A stretch of 64,000 nucleotides of DNA from Thermoplasmata archaeon. GTDB lineage: Archaea; Thermoplasmatota; Thermoplasmata; Lutacidiplasmatales; UBA184. The stretch spans positions 42,341 through 106,340 of the forward strand of contig JBOGRO010000015.1 of the NCBI GenBank assembly GCA_050749465.1, read 5' to 3'. The stretch's first letter is position 1, and each line of letters starts with the position of its first letter. Shown here piece by piece: positions 1 through 8,838 of the stretch. A program made the position numbers and the translations under genes. The notes under the pieces were generated by a model. That model made no database searches. It was not told the origin of the DNA and worked only from the letters and a program-made list of their open reading frames with translations.

Positions 1-819
1 CTCGGCGCGGTGGAGCGCCGCGCGCAGGCTCCCGACCGACGCGAGGAGGATCTCGGGGGTCCGTGTGAACGCGTCGAACGGCGCGCGGACGGTAACGACG
101 ACCTCGAGTCCCATCCCGTCGAGCTGGTCGAGGACGCCGTCGCGCAGCGCGTCCCCGGTGCGCGCGCGGGGTTTGGGGCCGGAGCCGGCGTCCGCGACCT
201 TCCCACCCGCCGGGGGCTCCTCTGTCGGTCGAACGGGCCGCCGGTCGAACAGTTCGATCGGACGGACGATCGGCTCCCCCAGGAACGCCTCGATCCGGTC
301 GATGACGCTGAGCTCGGCGCCGGCCCCTTCCTCGTAAAGCTGGATCGCTCGTCGCGAGACGCCGGCGATCCCCGCGAGCGTGCCGAGCGAAAGTCCCCGG
401 TCCTGCCGGAGCAGGCGGAGGCGGGCGCCGTCGATTCGGGCGAACGTCCCTCCGGGGCTCGCGTAGAGAAAGGGAGGGAGCGCCTTGTCGAGGTACTCCT
501 GGAGGGTCTCCTCGCTGACGATCGGCACCCCGTAGCGGGTGTAGACGACACCGGGGTCGAGCTCGGAGGCGCCCGAGGTCTGTCCGATCACGAGCGCGAG
601 GGCCGGAAAGAGCCGCCCGAGTTCCAGGAGCCGGGCCGCCTCCTCGGCGTCCAGCGCGTCGATGTTCTTCAGCACCTTGACGAGCAGGAGCGTCGAGTCG
701 CGGCGCGCGGCGAGGTCGAAGCTGGACGGGCGGACCCCGTGGGTGTCCGCCACGTAGAAGCCGGCCCGTTCGAGCATCTCGGTGACGTGCTCGATCCACC
801 GCTCGCGGGTACGCTGCAT
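1..819 (-). CDS. Partial CDS with its 3' end beyond the window start. Putative XRE-type HTH transcriptional regulator (COG1395-like).
   Basis: The reverse strand reads MQRTRERWIEHVTEMLERAGFYVADTHG...GLSLGTLAGIAGVSRRAIQLYEEG (an HTH motif) continuously from an ATG near 819 to position 1 with no stop. It is absent from the ORF track because it has no stop codon in the window. The plus-strand ORF 10..864 is its antisense shadow. Confidence 0.55.
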   Translation of the reverse strand, partial: MQRTRERWIEHVTEMLERAGFYVADTHGVRPSSFDLAARRDSTLLLVKVLKNIDALDAEEAARLLELGRLFPALALVIGQTSGASELDPGVVYTRYGVPIVSEETLQEYLDKALPPFLYASPGGTFARIDGARLRLLRQDRGLSLGTLAGIAGVSRRAIQLYEEGAGAELSVIDRIEAFLGEPIVRPIELFDRRPVRPTEEPPAGGKVADAGSGPKPRARTGDALRDGVLDQLDGMGLEVVVTVRAPFDAFTRTPEILLASVGSLRAALHRAE

Positions 820-955
820 CCGTGCCTCCTCCTCGACCCCCATTCAGTTATCGCTTCTATATGAACGAGGTAGGAGTCTTCTCTCGGCAAAACCTGTCTT
901 CCGGGAGGATGCCGGACGCGAAGCCTCTTGGCGTTCGCCGCGCTCCCCGGCGTTC

Positions 956-1753
956 GTGGAGTCTCCCCTGCGTCCGATCCTGCACGCCCCGGCGCTACGC
1001 CTGGACGGGCCGGAGCCCGAACGGCGACGCTCGATCGTCGTCGCCGACCTCCACCTGGGACTTGGCGGTAGCCTCGACCGGCCCGGTGGGCCGCCGGAAG
1101 CGGCGGCCGAGCTACTTGCCGAGCGCCTCGTCCGACTCGCGAGGGACGAGCGAGCCGAATCGGTCGTCATCGCCGGCGACGTGAAGCACCCCATCGTGGG
1201 AACGCCACCGGGGTTGCGACCGGTGATCTTCGAGTTCTTCGGGCGGCTGCTCGCGGAGTCGCTCGCGGTCGAGGTCGTCCTGGGGAACCACGACGTCGGC
1301 CTCGTCCGCCACCTCCCGCGGGAAGTGGTGGTGCACGGGGCCGGCGGGACCGTCTATGACGGGGTCGGCGTCTTCCATGGCCACGCCTGGCCGTCGGACG
1401 GGGTGTTGCGGGCGAGCCGCTTGGTCGCCGGGCACCTCCACCCCGGCTTTCGGCTGGCGCCGACGCGGGACGACCCCGTCGGCAAGCGGCCGTGTTGGGT
1501 GCGCCTCGAGCTCGTGCCGACGCCGAGGGTCGGCCGGCGGCGACGGCACATCGAACCGCGTGCTCGGGAGCTCGTCGTCCTGCCGCCGTTCAACCCGCTC
1601 GCGGGGATCGAGTCGCTCAACCGGCAACGACCGGCGCGGAGTCGCTCGTTCCTGTTCGGACGGTTCCTGTCCCGAGGGGTCGCGCGCGCCTACCTGTTGG
1701 ACGGGACCGACCTAGGTCCGATCCCTACGGAGGCACAACTCGGCCCCCGGTGA
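956..1753 (+). CDS. Calcineurin-like metallophosphoesterase.
   Basis: Phosphoesterase motifs are present: SIVVADLHLG, GDVKH, GNHD, GHLHP. The first in-frame start that does not overlap the divergent gene is a GTG at about 956. The upstream part of the ORF-track ORF (from 782) is low-complexity. Confidence 0.6.
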   Translation: MESPLRPILHAPALRLDGPEPERRRSIVVADLHLGLGGSLDRPGGPPEAAAELLAERLVRLARDERAESVVIAGDVKHPIVGTPPGLRPVIFEFFGRLLAESLAVEVVLGNHDVGLVRHLPREVVVHGAGGTVYDGVGVFHGHAWPSDGVLRASRLVAGHLHPGFRLAPTRDDPVGKRPCWVRLELVPTPRVGRRRRHIEPRARELVVLPPFNPLAGIESLNRQRPARSRSFLFGRFLSRGVARAYLLDGTDLGPIPTEAQLGPR

Positions 1754-3839
1754 GGAGGAGGGGGGCGAGCGCCTCCGGCTCGGTGACGGGGGGCGCGCAC
1801 GAAGAGCCGAAGCAGACGAGCGCCCGCGCGTCGGGGCTGCTCCCGGCGTGGCGGAGCTCGTCGGGGAGCGCGAACGGCGGCGGAGGGGTCCCTCGGAACA
1901 CCCAGACGTTCGGGTGCCAGGCGCGTCGCGCGGCGTCGAGGAGCGCCTCCGCGCGCGCGCCGCTTCCCTCGACAACCACCGTCGCGGCGCCGGTGAGGGT
2001 CAGCCCGGCGGCGAGCGCTGAACCGCCGGCGAAAAGACCGGCGCCCCCGATCCGCGCGGAGATCGGGCCGAGGAGCGCGACGGCCTTCTCCTGCCACCGA
2101 TCCTCTTTCAGTAGCGAAGCGAGGCGGAGGAAGGCGAGCGCCGCGCCCGCGTTCGCCGAGAGGTGCGGACTGTCCTCGAGCGGATAGCTGGGGTCCCCGA
2201 CCCCGCCGACCGAAGGGCCGTCGTACAGCCGGGGGGCGACGTCCCGCAGGAGTCCGTCCTCTCCCCGAAACTCCCGGTCGACGAGCTCGAGGAGGGCGAC
2301 CGCGGGCGCGGCATACTTTGGGTCTGCGGTAGCGCCGGCGAGCTCGACGAGGCCAGCCGCGAACGCGACCTGGTCCTCGAGCAGGCCGAACCCGTGGGGA
2401 CCGGCGGGGTCGAGCCGGTGCGCGACTCCCTCGCCGGGCCGGTACGCGAGGCGTAGGAAGCGGTCGGCGGCCCGCCGTGCCGACGCGATCACTTCCGACG
2501 ATCGATCGAGCGCGCTCGCCCGCGCGCAGCCGCCGATGAACCGCCCGTTGATATCCGCGTACAGCGCACGGTCGACCGCCGGGGTGGGCCGCCGCGCCCG
2601 CGCCGCGCGCAACGCGTTTCGGACGCGTCCGAGCGTCGTCTCGGGGCCTCCCTCGAGCGTCAGGCCCGTCCCGGCTTCCGTCGGCGGTAGCATCCGGAAC
2701 AGGACGTTGCGCTCGGGGTCGTGGTGCATCCGCCCATCGGTGCCGACGCCGAAGAGGCGGCTCGCGAATCGGAGGTCGTCGCCCGCGAGGACGGCCTTGA
2801 GCTCCCCCCGGGTCCAGGTGAAGTAGTCGCCGTCGTCGCCCGGGGCGTTGTCGGCGTCCTGGCTCGCGCCGAATCCCCCTGCGGGATCCTCGAGGACCTC
2901 GTGGACCCAACCGACGATCCCGCGTACGGTCTCCTCGAGGCGCGGCTCGCCGAAGCGCTGGACCCCCTCCACGTAGGCGGAGAGGAGGGCGGCGTTGTCG
3001 ACGCCCATTTTCTCGAAGTGCGGGATGTGCCAAGCTTCGTCGACCGAGTAGCGATGGAAGCCGCCGCCGAGCTGGTCGTAGACACCTCCGTCCGCCATCC
3101 GCACGAGGGTGTCACGGGCCCGCTCGGCGCGCTCAAGGGTCCGGTGCGCGAACGCGTCCCAGAGCAGGAACGATACCGCCGTCGGGTGAGGGAACTTCGG
3201 CGCCACGCCGAACCCACCATGGACGGGGTCGTAGGACGACCGGATCTCGGCGCCGACCCCGTCGACGAACTCCGAGAGCGCCGGGGCCGACGGCGCGCGA
3301 AGCGCCCGCATCCGCGCGAGGGAATCCCGGACGCCGGTCGCGTTCTCTCGGATCCGTTCGGGCTCTTCGGCCCAGAGGCGGGCGACCTCCTTCAGCACGC
3401 GGCGGAAACCGGGTCGACCGTGCCCGTCGGTCGGCGGGAAGTACGTTCCACCGAGGAAGACCTCGCCATCGGGGGTGAGGAAGCCGGTGAGCGGCCAGCC
3501 GCCCTCGCCCGTGATCGCCCCGACCTGGCGCTGGTAGCGCCGGTCCACCTCGGGGTTCTGGTCGCGGTCGACCTTGACGGCGACGAAGTGCTGGAGGAGG
3601 AGCCGGGCGACCTCGGCGTCGGCGTACGTGCCCTCGTCCATGACGTGGCACCAATGGCACCAGGACGCACCGATGTCGAGGAGGATCGGTCGGCCGGTCC
3701 GTTTCGCGATCTCGAACGGCTCGGGCCCCCACGGGTGCCAGTCGATGGGCTGCTCTGCCGCGCTCCGAAGGTAGGTGGAGGAAGAGTCGGCGAGTCGCCA
3801 GCCGCCCGGTCGGGGAGCGGGGTTCGACTCGGGGGGCAT
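1725..3839 (-). CDS. Thioredoxin-domain protein of the DUF255/YyaL type, with a six-hairpin glycosidase-like C-terminal domain.
   Basis: The N-terminus reads AEQPIDWHPWGPEPFEIAKRTGRPILLDIGASWCHWCHVMDEGTY, which is the hallmark of DUF255 thioredoxin-like proteins. 704 aa. Confidence 0.8.
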   Translation of the reverse strand: MPPESNPAPRPGGWRLADSSSTYLRSAAEQPIDWHPWGPEPFEIAKRTGRPILLDIGASWCHWCHVMDEGTYADAEVARLLLQHFVAVKVDRDQNPEVDRRYQRQVGAITGEGGWPLTGFLTPDGEVFLGGTYFPPTDGHGRPGFRRVLKEVARLWAEEPERIRENATGVRDSLARMRALRAPSAPALSEFVDGVGAEIRSSYDPVHGGFGVAPKFPHPTAVSFLLWDAFAHRTLERAERARDTLVRMADGGVYDQLGGGFHRYSVDEAWHIPHFEKMGVDNAALLSAYVEGVQRFGEPRLEETVRGIVGWVHEVLEDPAGGFGASQDADNAPGDDGDYFTWTRGELKAVLAGDDLRFASRLFGVGTDGRMHHDPERNVLFRMLPPTEAGTGLTLEGGPETTLGRVRNALRAARARRPTPAVDRALYADINGRFIGGCARASALDRSSEVIASARRAADRFLRLAYRPGEGVAHRLDPAGPHGFGLLEDQVAFAAGLVELAGATADPKYAAPAVALLELVDREFRGEDGLLRDVAPRLYDGPSVGGVGDPSYPLEDSPHLSANAGAALAFLRLASLLKEDRWQEKAVALLGPISARIGGAGLFAGGSALAAGLTLTGAATVVVEGSGARAEALLDAARRAWHPNVWVFRGTPPPPFALPDELRHAGSSPDARALVCFGSSCAPPVTEPEALAPLLLTGGRVVPP

Positions 3840-3953
3840 GTCCCGAAGGGCCGGGGGCGACTCTTACCGTTGTCGTCGCCGAGGCCGGCGCGTGCCCGCC
3901 CGCCACGTACGAGGCGTAATCCGCTGACGGCCGCGTTACCGCGCTCGGTTTCG

Positions 3954-3960
3954 TTATAAG
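3954..3960 (+). promoter_or_regulatory. TATA-like box (TTATAAG) about 33 nt upstream of the psmA ATG, in a divergent intergenic region.
   Basis: An AT-rich heptamer in otherwise 70% GC DNA. Its spacing is consistent with an archaeal TATA box at about -26 and a short leader. Confidence 0.35.
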
Positions 3961-3992
3961 GGGGACCCGAGTGCCCGCGCCGAGGCAGCGCC

Positions 3993-4748
3993 ATGGAGAT
4001 GCAACCCGGCCAGATGGCCTACGACCGGGCAATCACGGTCTTCTCGCCCGACGGCCGGCTCTTCCAGGTCGAGTACGCGCGCGAGGCGGTCCGCCGCGGT
4101 GCGACGACCGCGGGGGTCGTCTACGACGACGGGGTCGTCCTGATCGCCGACCGGCGGATCCCGAACCCGAAGCTCGCGGAGGCGTCGAGCCTCGAGAAGA
4201 TCCATCAGATCGACGAGAACATCGCCTGCGTCTCCGCGGGATTGGTCGCCGACGCGCGGGTGCTGGTCGACTACGCCCGGCTCTCGGCTCAGATCAACCG
4301 CGTCACGTACGCGGAGCCGATGACGGTCGAGCTCCTCGTCCGCCGGATCTGCGACTACAAGCAGCAGTACACCCAGTTCGGCGGCGTCCGTCCGTTCGGG
4401 ACCGCGCTCCTGGTCGGCGGGTACGACGACAGCGGTGTCCATCTTTTCGAGACCGAGCCGTCGGGCTCGCTCACGAGTTTCCGGGCCGCGAGCACGGGCG
4501 GTAACAAGGGCCCCGTCATGGAGCTCTTCGAACAGAAGTACCGCGCCGGAATGGACCGCGACGCGGCGATCCTGCTCGCGCTCGAGGGCTTGCGCGCGGG
4601 CCTCGACGAGGGAGGCAGCCTCGCCCAGGTCGAGGTCTGTACCGTCCAGGTAGGAGAAGGGATGACCCGCCTCGCCGCGGACGACATCCAGAAGTACGTT
4701 CCGCGCCTCCCGGCGTCGGGCGGAAGCGGCAAGGGCGCGAAGGCGTAG
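3993..4748 (+). CDS. psmA: Proteasome alpha subunit.
   Basis: The protein begins MEMQPGQMAYDRAITVFSPDGRLFQVEYAREAV, which is the canonical alpha-subunit N-terminus. 251 aa. It is the first gene of the exosome superoperon. Confidence 0.95.
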   Translation: MEMQPGQMAYDRAITVFSPDGRLFQVEYAREAVRRGATTAGVVYDDGVVLIADRRIPNPKLAEASSLEKIHQIDENIACVSAGLVADARVLVDYARLSAQINRVTYAEPMTVELLVRRICDYKQQYTQFGGVRPFGTALLVGGYDDSGVHLFETEPSGSLTSFRAASTGGNKGPVMELFEQKYRAGMDRDAAILLALEGLRAGLDEGGSLAQVEVCTVQVGEGMTRLAADDIQKYVPRLPASGGSGKGAKA

Positions 4749-4775
4749 GCCGGGGCCGCGAGGGACCTCGCTCCG

Positions 4776-5471
4776 ATGGTGAAGGTCGAGGACGCCGTCA
4801 TCGCCCGGTGGGAGATCGGCGGATCCCGGTTCGAGGTGCTGGTCGACCCCGCCGCGGTCCAGGATCTGAAGGACGGCAAAGACGTCGACCTCACCGACAA
4901 GCTCGCGCTCGACCAGGTCTTCAAGGACGCGAAGCGCGGGGACAAGATCTCCGAGGAGCACCTCGAGAAGACGTTCCACACCCGGAATCTCGCCGCGATC
5001 GCGAAAGAGATCGTCCTGAAGGGAGAGGTCCAGGTCACGACCGAGCAACGCCACCAGCTCCAGGCGGCGAAGCTCCGCCAGATCGTCGCGACGATCGCGC
5101 GGAACGCGATGAACCCGCAGACCGGCGCTCCCCACCCTCCGTCTCGCATCGAGGCGGCGATGACGGAGGCGAAGGTGCACGTCGACCCGTTCCGGCCGGT
5201 CGACGCCCAGGTGCAGGAGGTCCTCGCGAAGCTCCGTCCGATACTCCCGATCCGGCTCGACGTCGTGAAGGTCCGGGTCCGCCTTCCCGCGCAGCACTAC
5301 CCACGCGTCATCGGGGACCTGAAAGGGTTCGGGCGTCTCATGGACGAGCAGTGGCTCGGCGACGGGTCGTGGAGTGGTGTCCTCGAGATCCCCGCCGGGA
5401 TGCAGACGGAGCTCTACCAGAAGCTCAGTGCGCGCACGAAAGGCGCCGCCGAGACCGCCCTCGTTAAATAG
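4776..5471 (+). CDS. sdo1: Ribosome maturation protein SBDS/Sdo1.
   Basis: MVKVEDAVIARWEIGGSRFEVLVDPAAVQDLKDGKDVDL is an SBDS-family N-terminus. The gene sits between psmA and rrp4, as in other archaea. Confidence 0.9.
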   Translation: MVKVEDAVIARWEIGGSRFEVLVDPAAVQDLKDGKDVDLTDKLALDQVFKDAKRGDKISEEHLEKTFHTRNLAAIAKEIVLKGEVQVTTEQRHQLQAAKLRQIVATIARNAMNPQTGAPHPPSRIEAAMTEAKVHVDPFRPVDAQVQEVLAKLRPILPIRLDVVKVRVRLPAQHYPRVIGDLKGFGRLMDEQWLGDGSWSGVLEIPAGMQTELYQKLSARTKGAAETALVK

Positions 5472-5507
5472 ACCCCGCCCGTCGCGCGCCTCGGTGCAGC
5501 ACGAAAA

Positions 5508-6365
5508 ATGGGTGGTAGTCATCGTCCCGGCCCCCGGCGTCGGGGCCGTGAGGACTCGTCCTCGCATCCCTCCGGGGAGCGGGTACTAGTTCTCCCCGGA
5601 GAGGAGATCCCGAGCCGCGGCTTGAAGCCCGGCCCCGGCACGTACCGCGTCGGCGGCAAGGTCTATGCGAGCATCCTGGGATTGCTCTCCCCCCGTCCGC
5701 CGTTCGTCCAGGTCGTGCCGCTCTCGGGTCGGTACATCCCGAAGCCGAACGACGTCGTTCTCGGCACCGTGACCGACGCCCAGGGCACGTTCTGGCTCCT
5801 CGACATCGGCGCCCCGCGTTGGGCGCCGCTGCACATGACCGGCACGCCCTGGAAGGTCGAGATTGGCGAGACCGAGAAGTTCCTCCGGGTCGGCGAGTCG
5901 GTCGTTGTGCGTGTCGAGAACCTCGATGCGACGGGCCGAATCGGCGTCACGATGCTCGGCGAGGGGCTCGGGAAGCTCGAGGGCGGATCGATCGTGCACC
6001 TGTCGCCGGCCCGCGTGCCGCGCGTCGTCGGCCGCGGCGGGTCGATGATCCAGACGATCACCCGACGCACCGGCGCCCAGGTCGCGGTCGGCCAGAACGG
6101 CCGGATCTGGGTCGACGGGAACCCCGAGGCGATCCGCCGCGTGCGCGAGGCGCTCCGGATGATCTCCGAGGACGGCCAGCGGAGCGGGCTCACCGAGCGG
6201 GTCGATAGCTACTTGCGCTCGACCGCGACCGGCGACGAGGAAGGGGTCTCGGACCCGCCGACCGAGAGCGCGCACCGAGACGCCCCGGAGCGGAGCTTCG
6301 CCTCGTCACCGCCGTCCGACGACGGCCCCGAGGATGACGATCCGATGGACCGAGAACCGAACTAA
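5508..6365 (+). CDS. rrp4: Exosome complex RNA-binding subunit Rrp4 (S1 + KH domains).
   Basis: Contains VLVLPGEEI plus S1 and KH domain segments (VGRGGSMIQTITRRTGAQVAVGQNGRIWV). The start may be a few codons downstream of 5508. Confidence 0.85.
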   Translation: MGGSHRPGPRRRGREDSSSHPSGERVLVLPGEEIPSRGLKPGPGTYRVGGKVYASILGLLSPRPPFVQVVPLSGRYIPKPNDVVLGTVTDAQGTFWLLDIGAPRWAPLHMTGTPWKVEIGETEKFLRVGESVVVRVENLDATGRIGVTMLGEGLGKLEGGSIVHLSPARVPRVVGRGGSMIQTITRRTGAQVAVGQNGRIWVDGNPEAIRRVREALRMISEDGQRSGLTERVDSYLRSTATGDEEGVSDPPTESAHRDAPERSFASSPPSDDGPEDDDPMDREPN

Positions 6366-6384
6366 CATTCCAGGAGGAAACAAC

Positions 6385-7137
6385 ATGGGAAGCGTGGGAG
6401 CGAAGGACGTCCCGGTCCTACTGAGCCCGGAAGGGATCCGGATCGACGGACGAAGAGTGGACGAGCTCCGGCCGATCAAGATCACGGCCGGCGCGTTGAA
6501 GCATGCCGACGGCTCGGCGTTCGTGGAGTGGGGCCAGAACAAGGTGATGGCGGCGGTCTACGGGCCGCGCGAGGTCCATCCCCGGCACCTGCAGCAGAAC
6601 ACGAAAGCGGTCATCCAGTGCAAGTACAACATGGCGGCCTTCTCGGTCGACGAGCGGAAGCGACCGGGCCTCGACCGCCGCTCGCAGGAGATCTCGAAGG
6701 TCATCGCCGAAGCGTTCGAGTCGGTCGTCTTTGCCGAGGAGTTCCCCCGGACGAGCATCGACGTCTACATCGAGGTACTCCAGGCGAACGCGGGGACCCG
6801 CTGTGCGGGGCTTGTCGCCGCGTCGGTCGCCCTCGCGGATGCCGGGATCCCGATGGCCGACCTCCTCCCCTCGGTCGCGGTCGGTAAGGCCGGAGGGGCG
6901 ATCATCCTCGACCTGAAGAAGGAGGAAGACAACTTCGGCGAGGCCGACCTCCCGATGGCGCTCGTGCCGCAGTCCGGTCGGCTCGTGCTCCTCCAGATGG
7001 AGGGCCACATGACCCGCGACGAGCTCGCGACCGCGCTCGAGATGGGCGTCCGCGGCTGCCGCGATATCTACGGAACGATGAAGCAGGCGCTCCGGGACCG
7101 GTACGCCGTCACCCCGGCCCAGGAGGGGGCGGCATGA
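6385..7137 (+). CDS. rrp41: Exosome complex exonuclease Rrp41 (RNase PH fold).
   Basis: The RNase PH-like sequence reads DGRRVDELRPIKITAGALKHADGSAFVEWGQNKVMAAVYGPRE. A GGAGG sits 7 nt upstream of the internal ATG at 6385. The upstream part of the ORF-track ORF (from 6334) overlaps the rrp4 end. Confidence 0.9.
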   Translation: MGSVGAKDVPVLLSPEGIRIDGRRVDELRPIKITAGALKHADGSAFVEWGQNKVMAAVYGPREVHPRHLQQNTKAVIQCKYNMAAFSVDERKRPGLDRRSQEISKVIAEAFESVVFAEEFPRTSIDVYIEVLQANAGTRCAGLVAASVALADAGIPMADLLPSVAVGKAGGAIILDLKKEEDNFGEADLPMALVPQSGRLVLLQMEGHMTRDELATALEMGVRGCRDIYGTMKQALRDRYAVTPAQEGAA

Positions 7138-7922
7138 GCGAAGAGGTCACCGCCGAGATCCGGACGACCCACATCCTCGAGCTCGCGGCGCAGGCCCAAC
7201 GGCTCGACGGCCGCGCGGCGGACGAGTACCGCAAGATCACGGTCGAGCCCGGTTTCGTCACGACCGCCGACGGCTCCGCGCTCGTCCGCATCGGTGACAC
7301 CGCCGTCCTTTGCGGCATCAAGCTCGAGCCGGGCAAACCGTTCCCCGACACCCCGAACGCGGGGGTCCTCACGACCAACGCGGAGCTGATCCCGCTCTCG
7401 AGCCCGGTCTTCGAGCCCGGCCCGCCGCAGCCCGGCGCGATCGAGGTCTCTCGGGTCGTCGATCGGGCGATCCGCGCCGCCGAGACGATCGACCTGACCC
7501 GGCTCTGCGTCACGCCCGGCGAGAAGACGTGGGTCTGCTACGTCGACATCCACGTCCTCGACCACGGCGGGAACCTGATCGACGCCGCGCTCCTCGCCGC
7601 GGTCTCGGCGCTCAGCCACTCGACGATGCCGGCGAAGCGGTTCGGCCTCGCGGAGGCCGACTTCCCGCTCGAGGTCATGCACCTGCCGATCGAGTGCACG
7701 TTCGTGCGCCTCGGCGAGACGCTCATGGTCGACCCCACGTTCGACGAGGAGCGGGCCGCTCAGGGCCGCCTCACGATCGCGACGGACGAGACCGGCCGGA
7801 TCGTCGCGATGCAGAAAGGGCTCGTCGGCGCCTTCTCCCCCGACGACGTGAAAGCGATGGTCGAACGGGCGTTCCAGCACGGGGACCGGATGCGCGCGCT
7901 CGCGAAGGGAGTCGACGCATGA
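7134..7922 (+). CDS. rrp42: Exosome complex subunit Rrp42 (inactive RNase PH paralogue).
   Basis: RNase PH fold. It has a 4-nt ATGA overlap with rrp41 and again with rpl37ae. Confidence 0.9.
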   Translation: MSEEVTAEIRTTHILELAAQAQRLDGRAADEYRKITVEPGFVTTADGSALVRIGDTAVLCGIKLEPGKPFPDTPNAGVLTTNAELIPLSSPVFEPGPPQPGAIEVSRVVDRAIRAAETIDLTRLCVTPGEKTWVCYVDIHVLDHGGNLIDAALLAAVSALSHSTMPAKRFGLAEADFPLEVMHLPIECTFVRLGETLMVDPTFDEERAAQGRLTIATDETGRIVAMQKGLVGAFSPDDVKAMVERAFQHGDRMRALAKGVDA

Positions 7923-8188
7923 GCCAGCGAACGAAGAAGGTCGGCTCCACGGCGTGGATGGGTCCCCGATACGGGATCCGGATCCGCCGCCGCGTGCTCG
8001 AGCTCGACCGCGCGGCCGCGAAGCCGGCCGCGTGCCCGCGCTGTTCGACCGCGACTCTCCACCGCGTCGCGAGCGGCATCTTCGAGTGCCGCCGCTGCGG
8101 GACCCGGTTCGCGTCGAACGCCTACGTCTTCCAGGCCCCGCCCGCGATCACGCGCCAGGCGAAGGAGACCGCAGCCGGCAACGCTTAA
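7919..8188 (+). CDS. rpl37ae: 50S ribosomal protein L37Ae.
   Basis: MSQRTKKVGSTAWMGPRYGIRIRRRV...CPRCS...CRRCG is the L37ae zinc ribbon. In the ORF track it is embedded in the 292-aa ORF 7310..8188. Confidence 0.9.
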   Translation: MSQRTKKVGSTAWMGPRYGIRIRRRVLELDRAAAKPAACPRCSTATLHRVASGIFECRRCGTRFASNAYVFQAPPAITRQAKETAAGNA

Positions 8189-8215
8189 GCCGCCGGCCCC
8201 GGTCCTACGACGTCC

Positions 8216-8350
8216 ATGTTCCGCTGTATCCGGTGCGGGGAGGCCCTCCCCTCGGACGCGAACCTTTTCGGCGTGCGGTGCGACAATTGCGGTGGGAAGA
8301 TCTTCACCAAGGAGCACCCGAACGTCAAGAAGGTCCTGAAGGCGCGCTGA
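8216..8350 (+). CDS. rpoP: DNA-directed RNA polymerase subunit P (Rpo12), 44 aa.
   Basis: MFRCIRCGEALPSDANLFGVRCDNCGGKIFTKEHPNVKKVLKAR has two CxxC pairs and sits at the expected position at the end of the exosome superoperon. It is below the ORF-track size cutoff. Confidence 0.75.
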   Translation: MFRCIRCGEALPSDANLFGVRCDNCGGKIFTKEHPNVKKVLKAR

Positions 8351-8756
8351 CCGACGCGCTCGCCGCAGGCGACGCGACGGGGCTCTGGATCTCGATCCAG
8401 ATCCCGTCGGGGTCCTCGACGAAGCCGATCCAGTAGCGGCCGGCCTCGATCCACGGTTCGATCGCGACCTTCGCGCCCATCGAGCGAAGTCGTTCGATGA
8501 GCGCCGGAGCATCGGCGACGTCGAGGCCGAGGTGGTCGAGCCCCTCGCCGACCGAGTACGGCGTCGCATACGGGGAATCGGCGGGGTAGTGGTTCAACTC
8601 GAGCTGGAAGCGCGACGCCGGGTCCTCGAGGCCGACGAACGTCCCGCCGTGGCTCATCTTCCCGCGGCCTCGCTCGACCAGCCCGAGGCCCTCCCGGTAG
8701 AACCGCAGCGACCGGTCGAGATCGGTCACCCGGATCCCAGCGTAGGTGATGCTCAT
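8325..8756 (-). CDS. VOC/glyoxalase-fold protein (lactoylglutathione lyase-like).
   Basis: MSITYAGIRVTDLDRSLRFYREGLGL...HLGLDVAD are glyoxalase-I-like beta-alpha-beta-beta-beta modules. It is convergent with rpoP. Confidence 0.7.
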   Translation of the reverse strand: MSITYAGIRVTDLDRSLRFYREGLGLVERGRGKMSHGGTFVGLEDPASRFQLELNHYPADSPYATPYSVGEGLDHLGLDVADAPALIERLRSMGAKVAIEPWIEAGRYWIGFVEDPDGIWIEIQSPVASPAASASVSAPSGPS

Positions 8757-8838
8757 CGTCTCCCCGAGGTCCGAGCACACCGCTCCGTATCTCTCCGTCG
8801 GGGGAAACCCCTAAGCCCGGGGTCCCCGTACGGCCGGG

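Noticed and set aside
10-864. Plus-strand 284-aa ORF (MERRAQAPDRREEDLGG...).
   Set aside because: The composition is Asp/Glu/Arg-rich and low-complexity. The opposite strand encodes a well-formed HTH regulator (1..819, minus), so this is an antisense shadow ORF typical of 70% GC DNA.
1690-3033. Minus-strand 447-aa Arg/Pro/Gly-rich ORF, and similar ones at 3133..4032, 3954..5567, 8185..10212, 14812..15903, 15752..17797, 22494..23465, 24111..25460, 24664..26076, 25611..27659, 39123..41351, 40271..41650 and 55225..57495.
   Set aside because: All run antisense to, or out of frame within, confidently identified genes. All have extreme Arg/Gly/Pro/Asp composition with no motifs. They are GC-rich shadow ORFs.
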